Below are positions 8,923 to 18,010 of a stretch of 36,177 nucleotides of DNA, piece by piece. The stretch's first letter is position 1; each line of letters begins with the position of its first letter. The position numbers and the translations under genes are program-made. The DNA comes from an uncultured Dehalococcoidaceae bacterium (GTDB lineage Bacteria > Chloroflexota > Dehalococcoidia > Dehalococcoidales > RBG-16-60-22), in assembly GCA_964460815.1 (NCBI GenBank), contig CAYWRT010000006.1:1-36177 (forward strand), given 5' to 3'. The notes under the pieces are model-generated. The model did no database searches and was not told where the DNA came from. It saw only the letters and a list, made by a program, of their open reading frames with translations.

Positions 8923-10275
8923 ATGCCGACCAGGACACCACAGGATATCTGGGAAACTGCCTTGGGTGAACTGCAACTCCAGGTGAGTAAGCCAAACTAC
9001 CGAACCTGGTTTGGCAAAACCACCGGTTTAAGTTATCAAGATAATCAATTTATTATCGGTGTACCCAGCACCTTTGTTGCGGAATATCTGGAGAAGAATC
9101 AGCGTTCCCTGATTGAAAAGGCGCTTATCGGTCTCACCTCTCCTGGCGTAAAGGTAGGTTTCCAGGTCAATGGCCAGACTCACCATGGCCCTTACGATAC
9201 CGGGCCCAGTATCCCAGCAGCCGCGCCCTCATATACCAGATTGAACCCGAACTATGTCTTTGATTCCTTCATCGAAGGCAGCAGCAACCGCCTCGCCCGT
9301 GCTGCCGCTCTGGCCGTAGCCCAGAATCCGGGACATAGCTACAATCCCCTGTTTATATACGGCGGTGCCGGTCTGGGTAAGACCCACCTGCTACATGCTA
9401 TCGGTAGCGTGGCGCTCACCAGACATATCAATGTGATTTGTACCAGCGCCGAGCAGTTTACCAATGAGTTCGTCAGTGCCCTGCGCGAGAAGAGCACCGA
9501 GGAATTCCGTAATAAATACAGAAGCATCGGCATGCTGCTCATTGATGATATCCACTTTATCAGCGGCAAGGAGCAGACCGAGGAAAGCTTCTTCCACACC
9601 TTCAATGAGCTGCACAATTCCAACCGCCAGATTGTTATCACCAGCGACTGCCCACCTAAATCAATGCCCTTGCTCGAAGAAAGACTTTGCTCCCGGTTTG
9701 AATGGGGATTAATTGTTGATTTGCAGCCGCCCGATTCTGAAACACGCCTGGCTATTCTCCAATCAAAGGCACAACAGAGAGGTGTGAGCATAGGTCTGGA
9801 TGTGCTGGAGTTTATTGCCCAACGGGCTCAGCGGAACATCCGGGAACTGGAAGGCTCATTGAACCGGGTAGTTGCCTTCGCTAAGCTAAGCCGGACGATA
9901 CCTACCCTTGACCTAGCCAAGAAAGCACTTGAGGATATCGCCGGCAAAGAGGAGGGCTTAGATTCTATAACACCTTTCTATATCATCGAGTCCGTTGCCA
10001 GCAGCTTTCGGCTGTCCGTGGAAGATTTAAAGGGCCGGAAAAGAGAAAAGGAAACCGCTTTAGCCCGTCGTTTAGCCATGTACCTGGTCCGGCAGGAAAC
10101 CAATTGTTCGCTGTCACAAATCGGCCAGGAACTCGGTAACCGTGATGCCGCCGCGGTTACCATCGCCTGTAAAAAAGTATCTACCGATATCACCAGCAGC
10201 CCCTACTTAAAGAGAAAAATCAGGGAAATTCAACAGAGTATACGCCCCAGGGTAAAATTTCGTAAATCCCGCTAG
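8923..10275 (+). CDS. dnaA: Chromosomal replication initiator DnaA
   Basis: YNPLFIYGGAGLGKTHLL, LLIDDIHF, EESFFHTFN, SRFEWGL, NIRELEG, domain IV HTH. Confidence 0.98.
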   Translation: MPTRTPQDIWETALGELQLQVSKPNYRTWFGKTTGLSYQDNQFIIGVPSTFVAEYLEKNQRSLIEKALIGLTSPGVKVGFQVNGQTHHGPYDTGPSIPAAAPSYTRLNPNYVFDSFIEGSSNRLARAAALAVAQNPGHSYNPLFIYGGAGLGKTHLLHAIGSVALTRHINVICTSAEQFTNEFVSALREKSTEEFRNKYRSIGMLLIDDIHFISGKEQTEESFFHTFNELHNSNRQIVITSDCPPKSMPLLEERLCSRFEWGLIVDLQPPDSETRLAILQSKAQQRGVSIGLDVLEFIAQRAQRNIRELEGSLNRVVAFAKLSRTIPTLDLAKKALEDIAGKEEGLDSITPFYIIESVASSFRLSVEDLKGRKREKETALARRLAMYLVRQETNCSLSQIGQELGNRDAAAVTIACKKVSTDITSSPYLKRKIREIQQSIRPRVKFRKSR

Positions 10276-10571
10276 CGCTGGCCAGTTCTTAAAGCTTCAC
10301 CTTATTACCAGAACATATCAACATCATAATGAACATATTTTGTGGTTTTTTTGTGACCTATTTGTTATAGAGCATCTGCGGTTAGCCTGAGACGACAGTG
10401 AAAAAATGGAAAATCTTTAATAAGTTATTAACTTATTGACTACCCTGACATATCGGCAATATTATTCTTATTAGTATTAGTGCTGTTATTAAAAAATATT
10501 GAATATGATTACAAATAACTAATATCATTAAACTGACAATAAACATTTAATTAAAAGACGGATTATGCGGG
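10276..10571. other. Probable oriC / DNA-unwinding element
   Basis: Very AT-rich, directly downstream of dnaA; trio-like TATTAGTATTAG, then TGC and box-like TGTTATTAA (10469-10492); several TTATTAACA-like 9-mers. Confidence 0.65.
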
Positions 10572-11834
10572 ATGTTCGATAAGGCAGAGATAAGGGTGAA
10601 AGCGGGTAGCGGTGGCGATGGTATGATAGGTTTCCGGCGGGAGAAGTTCGTTCCGTTTGGCGGCCCTGATGGTGGGGATGGCGGGGATGGCGGGGATGTC
10701 GTTATTAGGGCGGATGAATCCGTAGATAGCCTGCGGAGATACCGGCAAAAAAAATTGTATGGAGCTGGTAATGGCCGGAACGGTGGCGGCAACAAGAAGC
10801 ATGGTAGAAGAGGTGAAGACATGATATTAGCGGTGCCGTCGGGTACGGTGGTATTGCGCCGGGAGATGGATGGCAGCGACATATTTATTACTGATTTGGA
10901 GCGGTCGGGCGATGGGGTGGTGGTCGCCAGTGGTGGCAGGGGGGGCTGGGGGAATGTTCACTATGCGACATCGACAGAGCAAGCCCCGCATATTGCCCAG
11001 AGGGGAGAGCCGGGTGAGGAGTATTCCATATTGCTGGAGATGAGGCTTATTGCTGATGTCGGGGTTATTGGCTTCCCCAATGTGGGGAAATCAACGCTCC
11101 TGGCAGCAGCATCAGAGGCCAGACCCAATGTAGGCAGCTATCCCTTCACAACTATAGAGCCGGTTCTGGGAGTTGTCGAGATTGGTCAGGAAAGATTCGT
11201 CATGGCGGAGGTTCCCGGATTGGTAAAAGGCGCCCATCTTGGTAGGGGCCTTGGTCATGATTTTCTGCGTCACATTTTGCGTACGAAAATACTTATTCAT
11301 TTAATCAGTGGCAGCTCCGAGTCCCCGGTTGAAGATATGATGCAGGTAAATGAAGAGCTATCATTATTCGATGCCTCTCTGGTGCTAAAGCCGCAGATAG
11401 TCGCCCTGAATAAGATTGACCTGCCTGAGGTGAAGGCGTGTCTATCCGGGATAAGGGATGCCCTCAGCCGTGCTGGTGTTAAAGCTTACATGTTGTCGGC
11501 GGTAACGCGACAGGGTGTCTCTGAGCTTATGTCGGAGGCTATGCTGAGGCTGAAAGGGTTGGGTGAGGAAGGAAAGAGTTTCGGTTTGCCTGAGAAGGTC
11601 TTCCGGCCCCGTCCCAGAGAAGATGCTTTCAACGTTCGTAAGGTTGGGGATGAATTTGTCCTGTCCGTGCCTGAGCTGGAGCGCCTGGTGACCGGAGCCG
11701 GGGCGAGTACCTCCGAATTGCGCTGGCAGCTTAACAGCCAGCTTAAAAGGCTGGGCGTGAACAAGGCTCTGGAGAAGGCGGGAATAAAAAAGGGCGACAA
11801 AATACGCTGCGGTGATTTAGAGTGGGAGTGGTAA
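10572..11834 (+). CDS. obgE: GTPase ObgE/CgtA
   Basis: Gly-rich Obg fold FRREKFVPFGGPDGGDGG, GFPNVGKST, YPFTT, NKID, C-terminal OCT domain. Confidence 0.97.
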   Translation: MFDKAEIRVKAGSGGDGMIGFRREKFVPFGGPDGGDGGDGGDVVIRADESVDSLRRYRQKKLYGAGNGRNGGGNKKHGRRGEDMILAVPSGTVVLRREMDGSDIFITDLERSGDGVVVASGGRGGWGNVHYATSTEQAPHIAQRGEPGEEYSILLEMRLIADVGVIGFPNVGKSTLLAAASEARPNVGSYPFTTIEPVLGVVEIGQERFVMAEVPGLVKGAHLGRGLGHDFLRHILRTKILIHLISGSSESPVEDMMQVNEELSLFDASLVLKPQIVALNKIDLPEVKACLSGIRDALSRAGVKAYMLSAVTRQGVSELMSEAMLRLKGLGEEGKSFGLPEKVFRPRPREDAFNVRKVGDEFVLSVPELERLVTGAGASTSELRWQLNSQLKRLGVNKALEKAGIKKGDKIRCGDLEWEW

Positions 11835-11838
11835 TGCC

Positions 11839-12444
11839 GTGAAAACAGGTGTGTTGGGGGGAACATTTGACCCGGTCCATCTGGGGCATATCAAAATAGC
11901 CGAGGAGGCTAAAGCCTCGCTGGAACTGTCTGAAATTATTCTGGTGCCGGCGGGACAGCCGCTATTGAAACCGGCTCACCCCATTACACCGACTGAACAT
12001 CGTCTCCAGATGCTGCGCTTGGCTATTGCCGATACGCCCTATTTTAAGGTGTCGGCGGTAGAGACAGAACGCCCCGGCCCTTCTTATACCGTGGATACTA
12101 TTGCTGAGTTGAGGGGTCAGCTGGCGGGTGGGGACGAGGTGTTTTTTATCCTGGGCTGGGATAGCCTGGAACAGCTGCCGGAATGGCGGGAACCATCTCG
12201 TTTAATCAAGATGTGTCGACTGGTGGCGGTTCCCCGTCCCGGCTGGAAACGCCCCAGCTTTGAAGCTCTGGAAGCCAGTATCCCCGGCATTTCGCAGCGC
12301 GTAGTTATGCTGGACAGGCCACAGATAGATATCAGTGCTTCAGCCATCAGAGAACGGGCCGCGCAGGGTTTGTCCCTTGTCCACCTTGTCCCCGAGCCGG
12401 TGGCGGCGTACATAAGACAGCATAAACTGTATTTAACAAAATAG
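11839..12444 (+). CDS. nadD: Nicotinate-nucleotide adenylyltransferase
   Basis: GGTFDPVHLGH, PSYTVDT, ILGWDS, ISASAIR. Confidence 0.96.
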   Translation: MKTGVLGGTFDPVHLGHIKIAEEAKASLELSEIILVPAGQPLLKPAHPITPTEHRLQMLRLAIADTPYFKVSAVETERPGPSYTVDTIAELRGQLAGGDEVFFILGWDSLEQLPEWREPSRLIKMCRLVAVPRPGWKRPSFEALEASIPGISQRVVMLDRPQIDISASAIRERAAQGLSLVHLVPEPVAAYIRQHKLYLTK

Positions 12445-12529
12445 GAGTATGGTCGATGGCCCTTATTAAGGGCGGTGAAAAAATATGGCACGGAGCCGGT
12501 CAGGCACTGTGCCTTTATGGAGGTGTATC

Positions 12530-13096
12530 TTGAAAGCTATTGGCATTGTCGGCAGCCCCAGGAAAAGAGGCAACACAGAGATTCTCACCGAGCATACCCT
12601 GAAGGCAATAGCCGAAGAAGGACTGGATACGGAGCTGATAAGGCTGGCTGGCCTTGACATCCGCCCGTGCAACGCCTGTATGGCCTGTAAGGGTGAGGAG
12701 GAGCAGTGTCCGATTAAAGATGACCTGTTCCCGATTTACCGGAAAATGAAGGAGGCCGACGCTATTATCTTGGCCTCGCCGGTCTACTTCAGCTCGGCAA
12801 CGGCTTTACTAAAGGCGTTCATGGAGAGAACTGGCTACATCGCTATAAAGTGGCGGGCGTTCGCCGGGAAGGTGGGGGGTCCCCTGGTGGTTGCCCGCCG
12901 GGCGGGGAAGACTGCCACCTTTGCCCAGATTATGTACTGGTTCCAGATTATGGACATGATTGTGCCCGGCTCCACCTACTGGAACGTTGCCTTCGGCCGG
13001 GAGCCGGGGGAGGTGAGTGGTGATGAGGAGGGGCTGAATACCGCCTGGCACTTCGGCAAGAATGTCGCCAACCTGGTGAAGAAGCTTAAGGCTTAA
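12530..13096 (+). CDS. Iron-sulfur flavoprotein (Isf/NADPH-dependent FMN reductase family); start reassigned to TTG at 12530
   Basis: GSPRKRGNT, CNACMAC-x6-C, ASPVYF; GGAGGTG SD upstream. Confidence 0.88.
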   Translation: MKAIGIVGSPRKRGNTEILTEHTLKAIAEEGLDTELIRLAGLDIRPCNACMACKGEEEQCPIKDDLFPIYRKMKEADAIILASPVYFSSATALLKAFMERTGYIAIKWRAFAGKVGGPLVVARRAGKTATFAQIMYWFQIMDMIVPGSTYWNVAFGREPGEVSGDEEGLNTAWHFGKNVANLVKKLKA

Positions 13097-13340
13097 TCAC
13101 CCCCGGTCGATGATGCCGGTGGGAATGAGGCCTCTCCGGTTGCTGAAACCCAAACAGGTCATGGTCGGGGAGGAGAATAGAAAGTTATTAATAAAGCCAT
13201 GCCCCCGCCTATTTTTTGATTTCAGCGCTTCTGGTAAGGCATGGAGAATTCCTCCCGGCACTGGGGCGGAGTGGCTGGTTATTATTATGCCTGTGGCCTA
13301 TAATACAGTGAAGGCGTGGACTGGAACGGAGGTATCCTGA

Positions 13341-13766
13341 TTGAGTGAAGAGCCGATAATCAGCGATGAGCTGGAGGGTCTGCTGAATGTTGCGTTCGGT
13401 CCCGAGGTCTACGAGGTTGAAAAGGGGATGGTCAGGAAGTTTGCCGAGGCCATTGATGACCCGAATCCGTTATGGCATGAGGCGGCGCCTCCCACCTTTC
13501 CCGCCGCCCTTGTCCCCACCGAGCTTTTACATAAAATGGTAACGGCGAAGTGCCCGCTTACCCGCTTTCTCAATGGCGCCAATGAGCTTGAATATTATCA
13601 GCCCATCAGGGTAGGTGACGTTATCTCCGTTATGGCCAGACTTGAGAAGCTACGTAAGATGGAGGGTAAAGAGGGTGCGACACTCTTTATGATTGTGGAT
13701 ATTACCTATCAAAACCAGAGGGGAGAGGTGGTCGCTAAGGGGCGGAATACCTTTATCAGGTACTAG
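13341..13766 (+). CDS. MaoC/FAS1-like hot-dog fold protein (N-terminal half type)
   Basis: VEKGMVRKFAEAIDDPNP, APPTF, EYYQPIRVGD, NQRGEVV. Confidence 0.85.
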   Translation: MSEEPIISDELEGLLNVAFGPEVYEVEKGMVRKFAEAIDDPNPLWHEAAPPTFPAALVPTELLHKMVTAKCPLTRFLNGANELEYYQPIRVGDVISVMARLEKLRKMEGKEGATLFMIVDITYQNQRGEVVAKGRNTFIRY

Positions 13767-13782
13767 CAGGAGGCAGAGAGAG

Positions 13783-14217
13783 GTGTCGGTTTTTTATGAG
13801 GATATTGAGGTAGGCAGCGAGCTCCCGGCGCTGGTCAAATACCCGACGACCATGCAGCTGGTTAAGTTCGCCGGTGCCTCCGGGGACTATTACCCGATAC
13901 ACTACGATAAGGACTTTGCGCTGGCTAACGGTCTGCCGGGGGTTATCGTTCATGGCTGGCTGGTACTTTCCTTTCTGGGACAGATGCTCACCGACTGGAT
14001 GGGGGAGGGGGGGACTCTGGTCAGGCTGGGTGGCAGCTACCGGGGAATGAATCCCGTCAGCGAGGACATTATCTGTAACGGCCGGGTGACCCGGAAGTAC
14101 ATTGAGGATGAAGGGCACTATGTGAGGGTTGAGACCTGGGCGGAGAACCCTCAGGGGGAGAGAACCGTTACCGGCTCGGCGGTGGTCAGGCTACCCTCCC
14201 GCCAAACCCAAGCGTGA
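13783..14217 (+). CDS. MaoC-family (R)-hydratase/dehydratase; start reassigned to GTG at 13783
   Basis: FYEDIEVG, hydratase-2 motif ASGDYYPIHYD, GLPGVIVHG. Confidence 0.88.
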   Translation: MSVFYEDIEVGSELPALVKYPTTMQLVKFAGASGDYYPIHYDKDFALANGLPGVIVHGWLVLSFLGQMLTDWMGEGGTLVRLGGSYRGMNPVSEDIICNGRVTRKYIEDEGHYVRVETWAENPQGERTVTGSAVVRLPSRQTQA

Positions 14218-14236
14218 TTTTTCGTCCTTATCTTTT

Positions 14237-14350
14237 CCCACCCTGCCGCCTTCCTATCATTTTCTGCTTATCCCGTAAGATACTCCCGCCATCCCCCTTT
14301 CTCAAAGGGGGATTTCAAATCACTCTCGGTCTCCCTTTACGGAAGGGAGA
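14237..14350 (+). repeat. Dispersed ~41-bp repeat copy plus two hairpins
   Basis: CCCACCCTGCCGCCTTCC..GCTTATCCCGTA (14237-14277); hairpin ATCCCCCTTT-CTC-AAAGGGGGAT; CTCTCGGTCTCCCTTT..AAGGGAGA also at ~24600. Confidence 0.8.
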
Positions 14351-14439
14351 AGTTTTAATTAGGACTATTTCAGCTATCTGTAAAATGGCGGAGCAGCCTG
14401 CGTAGGGGCACCGGTTCCTTTGGGGAAATAATAATATAC

Positions 14440-14468
14440 TTGACATCTGTTTAATAGAGATATATTAT
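14440..14468 (+). promoter_or_regulatory. Promoter of archease-rtcB (very short leader)
   Basis: TTGACA-N17-TATTAT, 11 nt before the ATG, no SD. Confidence 0.55.
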
Positions 14469-14479
14469 TTGAGCCTGCG

Positions 14480-14896
14480 ATGAAAAAGAGAAGGTTTAAA
14501 TTTATTGAGCATACTGCCGACGTGGGGCTGATTGCTTACGGCGAGACTTTAACCGAGGCCTTCGCCAACGCTGCCTATGGCATGTTCTCCATAATTGCCG
14601 AGCTTGGTGCTGTTCAGGAAAAAGAGTCCCGCCGTGTAGAAATAGCTGAAGATGATTTGGAGGGGCTGCTTTTTGAGTGGTTGAACAGTCTCATCTACCT
14701 CTTTGATGTGGAAATGCTTCTCTTCAAGAGATTCGATATAATGGAATTTGGCGATAGTCGTTTGTCTGCGACCTGCCATGGTGAGAAATTTGACCCGTCC
14801 CGTCATCGACTGAAGACGGGGATAAAGTCAGCTACGTATCATATGCTTGAGGTGGACAGGGAGAAAAACCAGGTTCGGGTCATCTTCGATATCTAG
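14480..14896 (+). CDS. Archease
   Basis: FIEHTADVG, LLFEWLNSLIYLFD, IKSATYH, C-terminal FDI. Confidence 0.95.
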   Translation: MKKRRFKFIEHTADVGLIAYGETLTEAFANAAYGMFSIIAELGAVQEKESRRVEIAEDDLEGLLFEWLNSLIYLFDVEMLLFKRFDIMEFGDSRLSATCHGEKFDPSRHRLKTGIKSATYHMLEVDREKNQVRVIFDI

Positions 14897-14907
14897 GAGG
14901 TGAGGCT

Positions 14908-16365
14908 ATGACAAGATGGGGAGGTAAACTGGAGAAGGTAGACGAATACCGGTGGCGAATACCGAAGAGCTATAAGGCAGGCATGCGAGTGCCGGGGCTT
15001 ATTTATGCTGACGAAGCTATGCTCGAGCACATTCTGCAGGAGCAGGCTCTGGAGCAGGTAGCCAATGTCGCCTTTCTGCCCGGCATCGTGGGGAGTTCCC
15101 TGGCGATGCCTGATATACACTGGGGCTACGGGTTTGCCATCGGCGGCGTGGCGGCGATGAGGGTAGACGACGGCGTGGTCTCACCGGGTGGAGTCGGTTT
15201 TGACATCAACTGCGGTGTCCGCATACTGCGCACCAATCTGACCCGGCCGGAGGTCAGCCCCAGGATAAAGGAGCTTATAGAGGCTCTTTATAACAACGTT
15301 CCCTCAGGGCTGGGCTCGAAGGGCAGGATAAGGCTGCGCTCCGGAGAGATTGATGAGGTTCTGGTCAGGGGTTCACGCTGGGCGGTGGCCAAGGGTTACG
15401 GTCGTCCGGAGGACCTGGATACCACCGAGGAGAGAGGCGAGATGGCTGATACCAGACCAGACCTCGTCAGCGGCAGAGCCAGGGAGCGTGGCCTGCCGCA
15501 GCTGGGGACACTGGGCTCCGGGAACCATTTCCTGGAGGTAGCCGTGGTGGATGAGATATATGAGCCGGACACTGCCGGTATCATGGGCATAAATCAACCG
15601 GGGCAGGTAGTGCTGCTTATCCACTGCGGTTCTCGCGGGTTGGGGCACCAGGTTGCCGACGACTACATCAAAGAGATGGTCAGGGCTATGCCGAAATACG
15701 GCATTGAGGTGCCTGACCGCCAGCTGGCCTGCAGTCCGGTGAAGTCTCCGGAAGGACAGGCTTATCTCGCCGCGATGCGTTGTGCGGCCAACTATGCCTG
15801 GGCTAACCGCCAGTGCATTACCCACTGGGTCAGGGAGTCATTCTGCCGGGTTCTGGGGAAAAGCGAGGCGGAGGCCGGTCTGGAGCTTATCTATGATGTC
15901 ACTCACAATATTGCCAAGATTGAGGAGCATGAGGTGGCCGGGCGTAAGGAGAGGCTATGTGTGCACCGCAAGGGTGCCACCCGGGCCTTCCCCGCCGGGC
16001 ACCCCGACATCCCGCCGAAATATGCCGGGGTGGGGCAGCCTATTCTCATTCCCGGAGATATGGGACGCGTCTCTTACGTTCTGGTGGGGACCGAGCAGGC
16101 GATGCGGGAGACCTTTGGTTCTACCTGCCATGGCGCCGGCCGGATGCAGAGCCGGGCTGCGGCGAAGAAGCATCTCAGCGGGCGGGACGTTCTGGCGGGA
16201 CTTGAAGCCCGCGGCATAACCGTTCGGGCGGGCAGTCTCTCCGGGCTGGCCGAGGAAGCCTCGGAAGCCTATAAGGATGTAAATGATGTTGTCAGAGTGG
16301 CTCACGGTGCCGGCATCTCCCGGAAGGTAGCCAGAACCAGGCCCATTGCCGTGGTCAAGGGGTGA
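14908..16365 (+). CDS. rtcB: RNA ligase RtcB
   Basis: MPDIHWGYGFAIGG, GFDINCG, LGSGNHF, HCGSRG, HRKGAT, PGDMG, STCHGAGR, AYKDV. Confidence 0.97.
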   Translation: MTRWGGKLEKVDEYRWRIPKSYKAGMRVPGLIYADEAMLEHILQEQALEQVANVAFLPGIVGSSLAMPDIHWGYGFAIGGVAAMRVDDGVVSPGGVGFDINCGVRILRTNLTRPEVSPRIKELIEALYNNVPSGLGSKGRIRLRSGEIDEVLVRGSRWAVAKGYGRPEDLDTTEERGEMADTRPDLVSGRARERGLPQLGTLGSGNHFLEVAVVDEIYEPDTAGIMGINQPGQVVLLIHCGSRGLGHQVADDYIKEMVRAMPKYGIEVPDRQLACSPVKSPEGQAYLAAMRCAANYAWANRQCITHWVRESFCRVLGKSEAEAGLELIYDVTHNIAKIEEHEVAGRKERLCVHRKGATRAFPAGHPDIPPKYAGVGQPILIPGDMGRVSYVLVGTEQAMRETFGSTCHGAGRMQSRAAAKKHLSGRDVLAGLEARGITVRAGSLSGLAEEASEAYKDVNDVVRVAHGAGISRKVARTRPIAVVKG

Positions 16366-16416
16366 GGTTATTCTGCCCGGCTTACCGGAATTAGCCTTGG
16401 GGCAGTACCTCTTCTA

Positions 16417-16456
16417 GCGCAAATGAGTAATTGCGCAGTAACGCAATTGCGGAGAT
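16417..16456. repeat. 8-bp-periodic array (candidate centromere site)
   Basis: GCGCAAAT GAGTAATT GCGCAGTA ACGCAATT GCGGAGAT. Confidence 0.75.
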
Positions 16457-16563
16457 TACATTTTTACCGTCTCTGAGCCATTAGTTCCTGTTCGGTTATT
16501 GAGAGGGGGAACCCATGACTGCGCTTCCTTGACCGATGAGCCCGCCTGTGATACATTGGTAGT

Positions 16564-17196
16564 GTGGATATTACCTGGTTGGGTCATTCGTGCTTCATGA
16601 TTAAGGGCAGCCAGGCCACAGTTATTACTGACCCTTTCCCGCCAGATTTGGGGTACTCACTGGGCAAGCCTACTGCCAGTATCGTAACTGTGAGCCATCA
16701 GCACCCCTCTCATTCTTATGTTCAGGGCATTGGTGGGGAACCAAAAAAAGTCCAGGGTCCCGGCGAATATGAAATCAGCGGCGTCCTCATTATAGGGGTG
16801 GCTACATATCATGATGCCGAGGGAGGCAGCAAGAGAGGTAAAAACACCGTTTACCTTATGGAGGTAGACGGTATATCAGTCTGTCACCTGGGTGACCTCG
16901 GGCATGTGCTTACTTCCGAACAGGTGGAGGAGATTGGCAATGTTGATGTGTTACTGCTTCCTGTGGGCGGTGTATCCACAATAGATGCTGCCATGGCCGC
17001 CGAGGTCATTCGCCAGCTTGAGCCGAAGGCGGTAGTCCCCATGCACTACAAGACACCGGTAATTAACCGTGAGCTGGACCCTGTAGAAAAGTTCCTCAAA
17101 GAGATGGGCATGGAGCTGGTTGAACCCCGTCCCAAGCTGTCCCTCACCAGGACAAACCTGCCTACCAGCACGCAGGTGTTTGTGCTTAATTATTAA
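16564..17196 (+). CDS. Metallo-beta-lactamase-fold hydrolase; probably leaderless
   Basis: ITWLGHSCF, TDPF, SHQHPSH, HLGDLGH, PVGG, PMHY; TTGACC-N17-TACATT ends 6 nt before the GTG. Confidence 0.9.
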   Translation: MDITWLGHSCFMIKGSQATVITDPFPPDLGYSLGKPTASIVTVSHQHPSHSYVQGIGGEPKKVQGPGEYEISGVLIIGVATYHDAEGGSKRGKNTVYLMEVDGISVCHLGDLGHVLTSEQVEEIGNVDVLLLPVGGVSTIDAAMAAEVIRQLEPKAVVPMHYKTPVINRELDPVEKFLKEMGMELVEPRPKLSLTRTNLPTSTQVFVLNY

Positions 17197-17292
17197 GGCT
17201 TGTTTGGGTTCTGTTCGGTATAGGCTTTGAGTTTACTCCGTCTGGTCTCACCCCTTTTTGACCTCACCCCTGGCCGTGATTACATATCTATA

Positions 17293-17332
17293 CCCACCCG
17301 CCGCCCTCGCGGCACCTAAGACTTATCCCGTA
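17293..17332 (+). repeat. Dispersed ~41-bp repeat copy
   Basis: CCCACCCGCCGCCCTCGCGGCACCTAAGACTTATCCCGTA. Confidence 0.8.
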
Positions 17333-17352
17333 ATTTTGTCAGCCGCGCAGGC

Positions 17353-17381
17353 TTGACAAAACCCGTAACTGGCATTATGAT
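17353..17381 (+). promoter_or_regulatory. Promoter of the USP gene
   Basis: TTGACA-N17-TATGAT. Confidence 0.6.
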
Positions 17382-17478
17382 TATAACCTCAGAACAAGGG
17401 TGCAACAGGGTAGGAGTGCCTGTGGCGAAGGACTATTAGTGGCGGGAAAAAATTTTATAAAAGACATGGAGGAAGAGT

Positions 17479-17967
17479 ATGTATAAGAAGATAATGGTTC
17501 CCCTGGATGGCTCGGAGCTGGCGGAATGCGTGCTTCCCCACGTGGAGGTAATTGCTAAGGGCTGTGGCGTGGCGGAAGTCATTTTTACACGGGTGGTTGA
17601 GCCCGCAATTCTGCCAAGTGGCGCCCTGACTGACGGGGGCGCCGTATTGACGGAGATAGACACCGAGCGAACACGAAAGCAAATAGATGCGGGTAACAAA
17701 TTAGCGGCTAGGGACTACCTTGACCACCTGATAAGTCGTATCAAACTGGATAAGGTAAAGATGCGAACAGAAGTACTCGATGGAAAGGCTGCCGAGGAGC
17801 TGGCTGAGTACGCTACGGACAATGATATCGACCTTATTATTATCGCCACTCACGGGCGCTCCGGAATCAGCCGCTGGGTCTGGGGGAGTGTCGCTGACCG
17901 GCTTCTTCGCTCGGCCTGCGTGCCGGTTCTGATGGTGCGGGCTCCCGGCTGCATTCCCGGTATTTGA
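17479..17967 (+). CDS. Universal stress protein
   Basis: YKKIMVPLDGS, DLIIIATHGRSG, GSVADRLLR..PVLMVR. Confidence 0.95.
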   Translation: MYKKIMVPLDGSELAECVLPHVEVIAKGCGVAEVIFTRVVEPAILPSGALTDGGAVLTEIDTERTRKQIDAGNKLAARDYLDHLISRIKLDKVKMRTEVLDGKAAEELAEYATDNDIDLIIIATHGRSGISRWVWGSVADRLLRSACVPVLMVRAPGCIPGI

Positions 17968-18010
17968 GGTTAGTAGTAGAGATATAAGCGATTATAAGTG
18001 CTCGGTACTA

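Noticed and set aside
12445-12529. Riboswitch upstream of the flavoprotein (GCCCTTATTAAGGGC palindrome and GC stems)
   Set aside because: No match to a riboswitch consensus I can recognise; may be a terminator or operator. An Rfam scan is needed.
13165-13255. Minus-strand GGAGG + MPYQKR-TGA mini-ORF as a possible selenoprotein, and ORF 13110..13340
   Set aside because: Readthrough gives no redox motif, clear SECIS or recognisable protein.
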